A stretch of 64,000 nucleotides of DNA, taken from positions 6,006 through 70,005 of the forward strand of contig JBLMZI010000009.1 in the NCBI GenBank assembly GCA_050258755.1. Reading direction: 5' to 3'. Positions within the stretch are counted from its first letter, which is position 1; every line of letters begins with the position of its first letter. Position numbers and translations under genes: made by a program. Shown in pieces: positions 35,526 to 44,971 of this stretch. The notes below the pieces were generated by a model. The model was not told the origin of the DNA, made no database searches, and saw only the letters and a program-made list of their open reading frames with translations. Source of the DNA: Solirubrobacterales bacterium. Its GTDB lineage: Bacteria > Bacillota > Syntrophomonadia > Syntrophomonadales > DTU052.

Positions 35526-35786
35526 AAATTTTATAAAAGAAGGATTTCACAAATCCATCTAGAATATCTTTCTTACAATCCCATCTTTATGAGTTACTTT
35601 GATTTTCAAAACGGAAATCAGACGTATCCAATTGGTCCGGAAAGAGGTCCGATTGATATAGTAAAAGCACTTAAGAAGGGGGTATGCTCGGCGGCCATCG
35701 CTGATGGCTTTTTTTGGATTCTCCAGGTAAAACCAAGTTTCTCAAAATCAACAAAAAGACAAACAAGATCGGGAGGTAATTTAAGA

Positions 35787-36545
35787 ATGAATATTGCAGG
35801 CAAAACCGCAATCGTAACCGGTGGCGCATCCGGACTTGGCGAGCATGCAGCAAGAATGCTGGCAGCCAAAGGCGCTAATGTTGTTATCGCTGACCTGAAC
35901 GAAGAGCTCGGCGCAAAAGTTGCCGGTGCAATCGGCGCGAAAGCTGTATTTGTAAAAGCTAACATGACTTCCACCGAGGATGTCAAGAACGTTTGCAAAA
36001 CCGCCATCGACAAATTTGGCGCTGTCCACATCCTCGTCAACAATGCTGGCATCGGCTCCGCTGGCCGGACCCTCGGCAAAGATGGCCCTTGGAACATCGA
36101 CTGGTTCAAAATGGTCATCAACATCAACCTGGTTGGCGCATTTGACATGCTGTCCAATGCTGCATGGGAAATGAAAAAGAACGATGGAGACGAGAAGGGC
36201 GTTATCATCAACGTTGCTTCCGTTGCTGCGTTTGACGGCCAGATCGGCCAGGCCGCTTACAGCGCATCCAAAGCTGGCGTCGTCGGCATGACCCTGCCGG
36301 TCGCCCGTGACCTGTCCCGGGACGGCATCCGCGTTGTAACCATCGCCCCCGGCATCTTCGACACCCCGATGATGAAGCAGCTCCCCGAAGCGGCTCGTGC
36401 ATCCCTGGCACAGCAGGTTCCGTTCCCGCAGAGACTTGGCGATCCGGACGAGTTCGCAGCTCTGGTCTGCGCGATTGCAGAAAACGGCTACCTGAACGGC
36501 GAATCGATCCGTCTGGACGGCGCGATCCGCATGCAGCCTAAATAA
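35787..36545 (+). CDS. short-chain dehydrogenase/reductase, 3-hydroxyacyl-CoA dehydrogenase type-2-like
   Basis: Track ORF 35523..36545. I prefer ATG 35787, with GGGAGG upstream. MNIAGKTAIVTGGASGLG (TGxxxGxG), NNAG and YSASKAGVVGMT (YxxxK) are present. Confidence 0.8.
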   Translation: MNIAGKTAIVTGGASGLGEHAARMLAAKGANVVIADLNEELGAKVAGAIGAKAVFVKANMTSTEDVKNVCKTAIDKFGAVHILVNNAGIGSAGRTLGKDGPWNIDWFKMVININLVGAFDMLSNAAWEMKKNDGDEKGVIINVASVAAFDGQIGQAAYSASKAGVVGMTLPVARDLSRDGIRVVTIAPGIFDTPMMKQLPEAARASLAQQVPFPQRLGDPDEFAALVCAIAENGYLNGESIRLDGAIRMQPK

Positions 36546-36561
36546 GTTTGGTTTGATCTTG

Positions 36562-36594
36562 AAAGCGGCCTCGATTCGAGGCCGCTTTTTTATT
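36562..36594 (+). terminator. intrinsic terminator after SDR gene
   Basis: aaagcggcctcg-att-cgaggccgcttt is followed by ttttat. Confidence 0.85.
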
Positions 36595-36826
36595 TGGGTT
36601 GGCCCCGTTCCCCACTCCGCTCGTCCGAATATTGGCCTCAGGCTGTTACCGTTGATCGTTCGAGGCATGACCTTTCGTTTCCCTTTTGTCCATGCTCGGA
36701 TAGTATGATGGCTAACATTTTAGGACTGGAGTATTTGTGCCATTTTATATATCATGGTCTAGAGAAGATGCTCTCTTCATTGTTTGAAAGAGCCTGATAA
36801 CTGAATACGCGGAAGGGGGAACAGAT

Positions 36827-37246
36827 ATGGAAAACTTCTCAACTTTTGTTTGTTACAACATGAAAGTGACCATGAAGAAGGTCGAGAAATACTTGACGCA
36901 GGAACTCGAGGTTTTCGGGATTAATTTCGCGCAGGCGCTGATCCTGTGGAGCCTGCTGGAAAAGGACGGTTTGACACTGTCCGAAATCGGTCTTCGGGCG
37001 CAAATCGAAAACTCGTCCCTGACCACGATGGTGGATAAACTTGAAAAGGAACAACTGGTGGAACGCCGCTTGGACCCGCAGGACCGCCGGATGATTCGGC
37101 TCTTCCTAACGGATAAAGGCCGCAATTTGGGTGAGCAGGTGATGTCGTCCGCAGCCCAGTTCAACCAGCGCCTGCGCGGCTGCCTGTCGCCTGCGGAAGG
37201 TGATTTTTTAACCGGGTTGTCCCGCATCGCCAACGAGCTTTCCTGA
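36827..37246 (+). CDS. MarR-family transcriptional regulator
   Basis: 139 aa. GINFAQALILWSLLEKDGLTLSEIGLRAQIENSSLTTMVDKLEKEQLVERRLDPQDRRMIRLFLTDKG is the winged-HTH MarR pattern. Confidence 0.85.
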   Translation: MENFSTFVCYNMKVTMKKVEKYLTQELEVFGINFAQALILWSLLEKDGLTLSEIGLRAQIENSSLTTMVDKLEKEQLVERRLDPQDRRMIRLFLTDKGRNLGEQVMSSAAQFNQRLRGCLSPAEGDFLTGLSRIANELS

Positions 37247-37275
37247 GCGGCCCGGCAATCTGGAATAAGACAGTA

Positions 37276-37305
37276 AAAAGCCCGGATTGAATAATCCGGG
37301 CTTTT
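37276..37305. terminator. bidirectional intrinsic terminator (marR / ComFB-PAS convergent pair)
   Basis: aaaagcccggatt-gaat-aatccgggctttt. Confidence 0.8.
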
Positions 37306-37333
37306 GCTGTTGCTCAAGATATGGAGTCGGCCA

Positions 37334-38260
37334 TTAGAGCTCCTTGACTTTGTTCACCAATCTGTCGCCGAGCGCCTGGTTTCGGCCGCCGCGGGCCCGA
37401 TTGGACTCCATGGTGTCGATGCTGCTGATGATCTCCTTGAGTTTCGGATCCTTTGCCGGCTCTAACGCTGCGATTTCTTCCGCGCTCAGTCCGTCAGCGG
37501 GTAATCCCGCGCCCTTTCGTTCTACGGCGGCATCAGCCGAATCAGCCGGGTTTACCGCCTGATCTGGAGGATGTTGGTCCGGTAACCCCGCCTTTTCATA
37601 CTGCGGTGGTATGACTGCTTCATCGGGTCTTTTTTTGTAGGGAACAATTTCCCGATATCCCCGAATCACCAGGATCACCTGCGGCGGTGTCCCAACCCGG
37701 TGCTCCACCGGAACACAGGTCATCTGGACCAGATAGCGGCGAACGCCGCGCCGGCAGATTTCCACGGTAACACGCCGCGTTTCCCCGTCGGATACAACCG
37801 CCCGCAGCTTGGCCATGACGTCGCCCCGGCTCTTTTCATCAATAAAATCGCCCATTTTCCGGCCTTCAACGTACTCCTGGCTGAAGCCAAGCAGGTAAGA
37901 CGCGGAACGAGAAGCGAACTTTACGGTGTAATCGGCGTTGCAAACGATGAGATAGCCATCCAGCGCATCCCCGGTGCTCACACTCGGCGCGCTCCCATGA
38001 CCGGGCTTAGCGCCGACCATCTGAATCGCCTCGGTTAAAAACCGCAGGACATCTACGGTATGCTGCTGTTCGGCTGCTCGTGATTTTTTCAGGGCGACGC
38101 CGGTCTGACTGTTCACGTACGATGGCGGAACCCGGTTCAGAACATACGTCATAATGTCCGCTCTGCAGTCTTCGCAGTCGCAGACCACTGTTCCCTGGGC
38201 GACCGCCAGTTCCAGCTGCTCATTGACGGTTTCTTCCGTAATATTGCGAAGTATCCACAT
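37334..38260 (-). CDS. ComFB-domain / PAS-domain fusion protein with Pro/Asp/Ala-rich C-terminal tail
   Basis: Track ORF 37334..38281. I prefer ATG 38258-38260. The N-terminus NITEETVNEQLELAV..CDCEDCRADIMTYVLNRVPPSY is ComFB. The middle DGYLIVCNADYTVKFASRSASYLLGFSQEYVEGRKMGDFI...VILVIRGYRE is a PAS fold. Confidence 0.65.
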   Translation of the reverse strand: MWILRNITEETVNEQLELAVAQGTVVCDCEDCRADIMTYVLNRVPPSYVNSQTGVALKKSRAAEQQHTVDVLRFLTEAIQMVGAKPGHGSAPSVSTGDALDGYLIVCNADYTVKFASRSASYLLGFSQEYVEGRKMGDFIDEKSRGDVMAKLRAVVSDGETRRVTVEICRRGVRRYLVQMTCVPVEHRVGTPPQVILVIRGYREIVPYKKRPDEAVIPPQYEKAGLPDQHPPDQAVNPADSADAAVERKGAGLPADGLSAEEIAALEPAKDPKLKEIISSIDTMESNRARGGRNQALGDRLVNKVKEL

Positions 38261-38531
38261 ACGATTCCCGCCTTCGATCATGTTGCAGTTTACAGTGCTC
38301 CGAATACTTCCGTTGTTTCTATTCTACCTGTTTCGACAAGATCTTGCATCCTTCGTATAACCCCGTTACGGAAAGCCATGAGCATGACCTAATGCGTAAA
38401 AACGAGAGCTTAATCAAGGAAGGCTGTTGCTAAACCACTTCAGTCGGCCCTCAAGTTCCGGACCGCAAAAACCGAAAAATATAGCAGGATGATTCACGGA
38501 TGAATTCGTCGCTTTCAAGGAGGAGAACGAC

Positions 38532-39344
38532 ATGGCCCCCAAGTCTTTAGAAACAAACCAGCAATCCGCTCTTTCCTCTGCTTTTCAGCCGCGGTGGTTT
38601 TTACTGCAAACACTGGCCTTTTCAGGATTTGCCACGCTCATAGGCACCAGCCTGTTTATGGAGTTATCTCTGCGTGCAAGCCGTTCAGCGTTGGTCACGA
38701 TCCAGATCATGATTCTGGCTCTGGCCGCGCTCATCGCTGTCTCAGCGGTAAAAGTCGCCTACGATCAGCAGGCCAAACACCGAACCAATCTCCTCTCGGC
38801 CCAACAAAACCTTGAGCATGAAAACCTGCTGCTCAGAAATCTTGCCTACCGGGATGGGCTGACCGGTTTGTTCAATTATTCGTATTTCAAAAAGCATCTT
38901 CGGGAAGGTTTGGAAAATGCGGCTCACCATCACGCCTTTTACAGCGTGTTGATGATGGACCTGGATCATTTTAAGCAGTGCAATGATTTGTACGGGCACC
39001 AGTACGGGGACGCGGTTTTAAAAACGGTGGGCGCCATCATTCTCCACACGATCCGGAACTCGGACATCGCCGCGCGCTACGGGGGTGACGAATTCGGAAT
39101 CCTCCTGCCTGGCGCGACCCACGATCAGGCGATGATGGTCGCCGAACGGATCCGGGGCGAAGTCGAGGAATGCTTCAGCCAGATCGACGGTTTGTCGGAA
39201 GGACGGCTGAGCGTTTCGATCGGGATCGGCGTGTTGGAACCGGGTATCCAGGGAGATCCCGACCAACTGCTGAAAACCGCCGATGCCGCCCTGTACCGGG
39301 CCAAAAACCACCGCAATTGGATCGAACTCGACCAGATCGCGTAG
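38532..39344 (+). CDS. membrane-anchored diguanylate cyclase (2 TM plus GGDEF)
   Basis: 270 aa. YRDGLTGLFNYSYF, DLDHFKQCNDLYGH and an intact GGDEF preceded by RNSD (RxxD I-site) in IRNSDIAARYGGDEFGILLP. Confidence 0.85.
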   Translation: MAPKSLETNQQSALSSAFQPRWFLLQTLAFSGFATLIGTSLFMELSLRASRSALVTIQIMILALAALIAVSAVKVAYDQQAKHRTNLLSAQQNLEHENLLLRNLAYRDGLTGLFNYSYFKKHLREGLENAAHHHAFYSVLMMDLDHFKQCNDLYGHQYGDAVLKTVGAIILHTIRNSDIAARYGGDEFGILLPGATHDQAMMVAERIRGEVEECFSQIDGLSEGRLSVSIGIGVLEPGIQGDPDQLLKTADAALYRAKNHRNWIELDQIA

Positions 39345-39391
39345 GCTGATCCACAGCGCGGTATCACCAAAAATTGACGCCACAGTACCCG

Positions 39392-39420
39392 AAAAGCCCG
39401 GAATCATTCCGGGCTTTTTC
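39392..39420. terminator. bidirectional intrinsic terminator (GGDEF / CHASE4-GGDEF-HD-GYP convergent pair)
   Basis: aaaagcccgg-aatcatt-ccgggctttt. Confidence 0.8.
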
Positions 39421-39453
39421 CTTGACGGATTCTCTTTTCCTTAAGACCGCTGG

Positions 39454-42400
39454 TTAACGGCTTTTCTCCAGATCGCCTGAGATCTTGATAAACAGCGGAA
39501 CCAGATCAGGGTCAAACTGGGTTCCCGCCATCCGCGTCAGTTCGAGCAAGGCAGCGGCCCGATCCATCGCGGCCCGCTGCGGGCGCGCATGGGTCATGGC
39601 GTCATAGGCGTCAGCGATGGACAGAATCCGGCATTCAATCGGAATTGAGTGGCCTTTCAAACCCAGGGGATATCCCTGCCCGTTGTACCATTCATGATGC
39701 TTCAAAAGCCAATCCGAAACGGAAGACAAATCCGGCGCCGCCTGCGCAATGCGATGCCCGGTCTCGGAATGACGGCGGACATCCTGCATTTCTTCCGGTG
39801 ACAGCGGCCCGGGCTTGAATAGAACCGCATCGGCGATGCTGACCTTGCCAATGTCATGGAACCGCGCCAATTTCTGCAGTTGGTCGATGTCGTACGCCTC
39901 GCCGAGCGCTTCCATCATTTTCTCCAGATAAACCGCCAGCCGCTCCGGATGCCCATCACCGAAAAAGTCACGGGGTTCCAGCGATTTCAGCAGGTTGTGT
40001 ATCATCGAACTGCGTGCACTGGTGCTGCTCTGCAGCTTTTCCCGGTACATGTTATCGTCCGCCATTTTGTACAGATCATAGACACTCAGCGAAGCATCCT
40101 GCCTCACCGCATAGCCGATCGACAGGCTGACCGGGAAATCGGGATGCTTCTCGTTGTGCTCTACGGTGGTGCGCCGGATCCGGTCACAGACTTCCTGCAC
40201 CGTGGCTTCCGGACTGTTGGGAAGGATCACACCGAATTCGTCACCGCCGACCCGGGCGATGACGTCCCCATCCCGGAGACAGGTTCGCAAGACCCTGGTG
40301 ACTTCAATCAGCAGGGCATCGCCGGCCGCGTGTCCGCGCCCGTCATTCATAAGTTTTAACCCGTCGACGTCACTCACGATCAGCCCGACCGGGTCGTGCC
40401 GGCCGCGCTCCATCCGGTCCAGTTCCTCTTCGAAGTAGGCCCGGTTGTACAAACCTGTCAGCGGATCGTGCATGCCTAGATACCGAAGTTTTTCTTCCAC
40501 GGCTTTTCGTTCGGAAATATCCTCAGCCAGAACCAGGCCGCCGACGATATTGCCGTCCTGGATGATCGGGGATGCGTTTATCCGGGCATCGAAGGCCTCA
40601 CCCTTTTTATTGACCAGCTGTAGATCGAAACTGTCCATTTTCCCCCTGCTCAGCCTGCGAGCCACTTTTGACGCGATTGATGAGCGCTGCTCAGGTTCCA
40701 CCAGCTCCCAGACATAGCGGCCGAGCAGTTCTTCCGGCTGAAATCCCCAGAACTCGACCGATTTGGCATTCACAAAGTTGATCCTGGCCTGATCATCATA
40801 GGTCACAAACAGTTCGTTCAGGCTGTCGATCAAGGTGTTCAGATACAGCACCTGCAGGGCCAGCTGGCGTTCGCTGTCCTCCAGGGCCTGTTTGACCCGC
40901 CGGCGCTGCAGAATCTTCATCAACTCGTTCATCAGAAGGGTAACCTGGCGAATATCCGACTGGTCGTATTCGATATCCTTGTTGGCCACGCCGATCAGGG
41001 ATACCGTTTTGTCCTGTTCGACAATCGGAACGATCAAGGCCCGGCGCAGCCGGACATGACCGTGCGGCAGTTGGGGCTTCGGATCGATGCTTTCGTAATC
41101 ATTGATGATCACCGGCTGCCGGGTCCTGACCGCTTCACCCCAGAAGTTCTTGTTTTCAAGCAGGATCACCGTGTCGCTCTGGTCAGCGAGACAATCCCGG
41201 GCGGTTTGGCGGGACCAGGCGTCAATCACCATGAGCCGCTCATCCTGTACAAAGGCGACAAAGCCGTATTTGCTTCCGGTCAGCCGTACCGCTTCCTCGA
41301 GCGCGTAGTCGGTCAGTTCGCGCGGGTTGGACTCGGCCATCTGGTTCATGCTGAGCAGCGCTTCCAGACGCATTTCGTCCAGGATCAGCCGGGTCTCTAT
41401 CATTTTGCGGTCGTGAACATTGCGCCCGACCGCCTGGAACTCGTGATTCGGTTCCCCTTCCACGCTGATCAGACGGCAGGTCCAGTTGTGCCAGCGGCGC
41501 TCGCCCTGCGCGTTCCGGAACATGCGCTCGAAAAAGACGACTTCGCGGGTGACGATCAGGTGATCAAGGAGTGCCAGAATGTCCTGCCAATCTTTGTCGC
41601 TGACGAGATCCCGCACCCGGGTTTCCAGCACCAGATTCAGCGGGCGCCCCACATACCTGGTAAATGCCTGATTCGCAAAGGTAATGGTTCCGTCCCGGCG
41701 GAAGCGGAAAATCAATTCGGTCTGGTCTTCCACCACAGCCCGATAACGGTTTTCGCTTAAGGTCAGATGCTGTTGAGAAGCCTGAAGGGTCAGCAGCATA
41801 TCGTTAATCCCCTCGCCGAGAGCGGCCAGCTCATCACTGCCGCGGATCGGGACCCGGATCGTGGGGTCATTGGAAGCGCCGATCGTGGAAACCACCGAAG
41901 AGATTTGAAACAGGCGCACCAGCACGAGCTGGCGGAACAGCAGGTAGGCCGCCACAGAACAGAGCGCAATGAAGATCATTAGAAAGAGCATGAAGTTGGC
42001 GAAGAATTCCTTGTTCTTTTGGAAGATGTCGCGCTTCATCGTGACCCCGATAACAGCGGCCGGGCGGCCTTCGATATCGCGGATCGCCTGATAGCCGGCA
42101 AGCTGATCAGGATGACTTACCACCGGTGCAATCACCTGTTCCTTGGACTGAGCCCCGGTTCCAAAGCGGCCAGGTTCGTAAGGACCGATCGAAAAACTTA
42201 GATTGGTCGTGTTTTGCAGGTACTTCATTTCCAACGAATCGACAAAACGGCCCATGATCAGCGTACCGCGAATCGGTCCCCGGTACTGGCTGTTCAGAAG
42301 CGGGCGGGAAACGACCATCAGCGGTCCTTCCGGCAGGAGCAGCATTCCCTGCAAAGTACTGCTTGGGTCAGTGTGCTGAAGCAGTTTTGCGCCCGGCCGG

Positions 42401-42804
42401 ACGTAGCGGTAAAACGATTTTGGGATAGGAACCGGTTTTTCGTTGATGCGGTCATAACCCATCGCCATGACGATACCGCCCTGGCGGTCCACGATCATGA
42501 CCAGATTCAGCCGCAGCTTGCGGAAACTTTCGGGGATGAAATTCTCTGTGATGTATGCGGGGTCGGGGTTGACGACATAGGTGTAGGTGTCATCCCAGCC
42601 GGCATAATCGCCGCACAGGGAATCCATACCGATTAATTCTGAATGAATGGCATTGGTCGCCCGGCTGAGATTCTGCTCCATCTCCCGTTTTTCCAGCTCG
42701 GTGAAGGTCTGGTCGAGCAGGTGATTGGAGATGAGCTTCAGCACGGTTACCGAGAGGAGAACCACCACAAAAAATATGCTGATGATTTTGTCTCGTAAGC
42801 TCAT
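39454..42804 (-). CDS. multidomain c-di-GMP signalling protein: TM-CHASE4-like-TM-HAMP-PAS-GAF-PAS-GGDEF-HD-GYP
   Basis: 1116 aa. The extracytoplasmic region carries DYAGWDDTYTYV (CHASE4-like). HAMP is (..GSDELAALGEGINDMLLTLQ). GGDEF is intact with RDGD (RxxD) upstream. HD-GYP is marked by FHDIGK and HHEWYNGQGYPLGL. Confidence 0.8.
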   Translation of the reverse strand: MSLRDKIISIFFVVVLLSVTVLKLISNHLLDQTFTELEKREMEQNLSRATNAIHSELIGMDSLCGDYAGWDDTYTYVVNPDPAYITENFIPESFRKLRLNLVMIVDRQGGIVMAMGYDRINEKPVPIPKSFYRYVRPGAKLLQHTDPSSTLQGMLLLPEGPLMVVSRPLLNSQYRGPIRGTLIMGRFVDSLEMKYLQNTTNLSFSIGPYEPGRFGTGAQSKEQVIAPVVSHPDQLAGYQAIRDIEGRPAAVIGVTMKRDIFQKNKEFFANFMLFLMIFIALCSVAAYLLFRQLVLVRLFQISSVVSTIGASNDPTIRVPIRGSDELAALGEGINDMLLTLQASQQHLTLSENRYRAVVEDQTELIFRFRRDGTITFANQAFTRYVGRPLNLVLETRVRDLVSDKDWQDILALLDHLIVTREVVFFERMFRNAQGERRWHNWTCRLISVEGEPNHEFQAVGRNVHDRKMIETRLILDEMRLEALLSMNQMAESNPRELTDYALEEAVRLTGSKYGFVAFVQDERLMVIDAWSRQTARDCLADQSDTVILLENKNFWGEAVRTRQPVIINDYESIDPKPQLPHGHVRLRRALIVPIVEQDKTVSLIGVANKDIEYDQSDIRQVTLLMNELMKILQRRRVKQALEDSERQLALQVLYLNTLIDSLNELFVTYDDQARINFVNAKSVEFWGFQPEELLGRYVWELVEPEQRSSIASKVARRLSRGKMDSFDLQLVNKKGEAFDARINASPIIQDGNIVGGLVLAEDISERKAVEEKLRYLGMHDPLTGLYNRAYFEEELDRMERGRHDPVGLIVSDVDGLKLMNDGRGHAAGDALLIEVTRVLRTCLRDGDVIARVGGDEFGVILPNSPEATVQEVCDRIRRTTVEHNEKHPDFPVSLSIGYAVRQDASLSVYDLYKMADDNMYREKLQSSTSARSSMIHNLLKSLEPRDFFGDGHPERLAVYLEKMMEALGEAYDIDQLQKLARFHDIGKVSIADAVLFKPGPLSPEEMQDVRRHSETGHRIAQAAPDLSSVSDWLLKHHEWYNGQGYPLGLKGHSIPIECRILSIADAYDAMTHARPQRAAMDRAAALLELTRMAGTQFDPDLVPLFIKISGDLEKSR

Positions 42805-43002
42805 TGCGCTGTTTGATCCTCCCGATCCCAGGATCGGCCATCCCGGGGCTTTTCCGGGACATTGTCGGCCGGTTACTTTCCGGTAGGATTGCCTGAAAAG
42901 GACCGATCACGAAGGTTCCATCGGGATCGGTCGGGGGTACCCAGCGAAAATGATTGGCTTACCGGCTGCCTGATACACGCAGCCGGTAAAGCGTCACAGA
43001 GG

Positions 43003-43248
43003 TCAGCGACAGCAGACCGTCACATTGTATCCCGGGAAATTGCGCTTGCAGTACTCGGTCGCCTCGTCGCGGGCTCTGAAGACCATCCATCCGCCCTCAT
43101 CGCGCAGCCGGCCAACCCCTTTTACCGGGGTTTCCTCCCGCGAGCCCGCGATGCAGCAATTTTGATTCCCGTGGATCGTGCAGATGCCGCTTGCGGTATC
43201 CACATCGAGCCATACCGCTGGACGTAGAAACACGGGCATCTCCTCCAT
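43003..43248 (-). CDS. hypothetical small Cys-rich protein (81 aa)
   Basis: An ORF with genome-like GC3-rich codon usage lies between two sensor genes. I recognise no motif beyond five Cys (C..CC...C..CC), and the RBS is weak. Confidence 0.3.
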   Translation of the reverse strand: MEEMPVFLRPAVWLDVDTASGICTIHGNQNCCIAGSREETPVKGVGRLRDEGGWMVFRARDEATEYCKRNFPGYNVTVCCR

Positions 43249-43358
43249 TCCCTGTCTCTCTGTATCTTGATCATATCACAAAAAGGCCCGGAATGGCTTC
43301 CTATCTTCCCAGTACTGCCCGGCCAAAAACCGTTGCAAATACCGGTTACACAGGCGGT

Positions 43359-44825
43359 TTATTTCAAACTGGACTCGTCCTCTTTCTGCCCAGAATCGGT
43401 ATGCGGTCCAAGCAGGTGACGGGTCAGGGCAAAGTCTCCATTCGCCGGGTTATAGGATAGAAAGTCGACCGCAACCGGCCCCTGGCCTGGCTGAACCGTG
43501 AGAATTGCCAGAGAGTAGTCAACCCCGCTATCGGTGGAGAAGCCGCGCAGACCCGCGGCCCCCGTCGTACCTGGGTTGATTAGGACCGATTCATGCAGCC
43601 GGCTGATGCCAAGCCGGTGCGTATGACCTGAAACCACAACCGGCGCCAGACCGGCCAGACGCTTGCCCAAACGCGGATTGTGAACCACGATCAAATCCGG
43701 CTTTGCGCTGTTGTCTTCCAACAAAGCCCGGACACTCTGTTCCTGAAGCTCAAGCCCGTCCAGATAGGCCTTCGAATTCACAGCTGGGGTTGGAAAAGCG
43801 ATGGCCGGGTCTGGCAGGCCAAAAACCCGGATGCCCTTGGTTGTAATCGTTTTGCCGTCTAGCATCCGGACCGATGACAGCTGCTTCAAGTAATTCAGCG
43901 TATCCGCCTTGTCATGGTTTCCCGCCGCAAACAGCTGCTGGATGCCGGTTTCAACCAGACTCTGAATAAATGGGGTCTCCAATTTGGTCCCGTAATCGGT
44001 TAAATCGCCTGCGTTGACGATTAAGTCCACCCGAAATTTCCTGGCCACCGAATTCATCAGTGTGATCCCAACCGGATTGGCGTGGAGATCGCTGACCAGC
44101 AATATTCGCCGGGTCCCGGTCTTCTGGTCGGGATTCGCCAGGACCGGAATATCTTCGACCCTGGAATACAGCGAGCGTATGCTGTTCACCACGTTTCCGG
44201 TCGCGGCGGGCAGGTCGCCGCCGCGCTCCCACAATTCGCCCGCCAGGCTGATAACGTCCGGTGCCAGCGCCAGCGTCCCGGTGTAAGTCGGCTCCCGGAA
44301 CGCCGCCGGATTATACGTTCGAAGCATCATGAAAAAAACGCCGCCCACCATCACAGCCCCGCACGCACCGAGCAGCAGCGCCGGCCGAAGCCCGCGGCGC
44401 CAGATCAGCAGCGAGACGGCGAACGCGCCCAGAGCCGCCAGCACAATCTCGCGGACGGCAAACCCGGTCAGACGCGGCTGGATTTCGGCTTCAAAGGTTC
44501 GCATGGCCTGGCGCCGTTCTTCCTGGTTGGCCAGACGTTTTGCCAGGGTTTCGGTTTCGATGTGATCAAGCCGGACCAACAACTCGGCCGGAGCCCGGTG
44601 GGTGTGGGCCTGAATTGTGCCAAGCGGCGGTATTTCCAGGGTGGTAACGCCGGTCAAGGCGGGCTCTATCCGGACGCCAAGGGTCAAGCCGTCAGTCTGC
44701 AGCAATACCATGCCAAAAAGGTGCAGAAACAGAAGCGCACCGCACAGCGCGGTGACCAGATGACCGGAAGAAAGTAAAAAGCCCCGGACCAAATGGCGGA
44801 ATCGGGGCCAGTCCATGGTTTGCAT
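43359..44825 (-). CDS. membrane-anchored calcineurin-like metallophosphoesterase
   Basis: Track ORF 43359..44843. The likely start is ATG 44823-44825. N-terminal TM helices are followed by LLVSDLHAN, NAGDLTDYG, AAGNHD and VVSGHTHR. Confidence 0.75.
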   Translation of the reverse strand: MQTMDWPRFRHLVRGFLLSSGHLVTALCGALLFLHLFGMVLLQTDGLTLGVRIEPALTGVTTLEIPPLGTIQAHTHRAPAELLVRLDHIETETLAKRLANQEERRQAMRTFEAEIQPRLTGFAVREIVLAALGAFAVSLLIWRRGLRPALLLGACGAVMVGGVFFMMLRTYNPAAFREPTYTGTLALAPDVISLAGELWERGGDLPAATGNVVNSIRSLYSRVEDIPVLANPDQKTGTRRILLVSDLHANPVGITLMNSVARKFRVDLIVNAGDLTDYGTKLETPFIQSLVETGIQQLFAAGNHDKADTLNYLKQLSSVRMLDGKTITTKGIRVFGLPDPAIAFPTPAVNSKAYLDGLELQEQSVRALLEDNSAKPDLIVVHNPRLGKRLAGLAPVVVSGHTHRLGISRLHESVLINPGTTGAAGLRGFSTDSGVDYSLAILTVQPGQGPVAVDFLSYNPANGDFALTRHLLGPHTDSGQKEDESSLK

Positions 44826-44971
44826 ATCGTCTCCCTCGTACAAGGCGGCTTATCACCGGGCCGCCTTTGGTGATACTCCAGTATAACACGCCCGTTTCGG
44901 CATCTTTGACTGGTGATTGGCGGGAATAAAGGGATTCTTGCCTAAAGCTCAAGGTCTGGGGAAGGGGCAGC

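Noticed and set aside
35523-35786. In-frame 88-codon N-terminal extension of the SDR gene offered by the ORF track. It includes an AT-rich stretch and a weak hairpin with a T-run at 35694-35715.
   Set aside because: The composition is markedly AT-rich, unlike the coding DNA here. A GGGAGG RBS precedes ATG 35787, and the SDR Rossmann motif begins at residue 10 from that start. I treat the segment as a leader. The 6-bp hairpin is too weak to call an attenuator.
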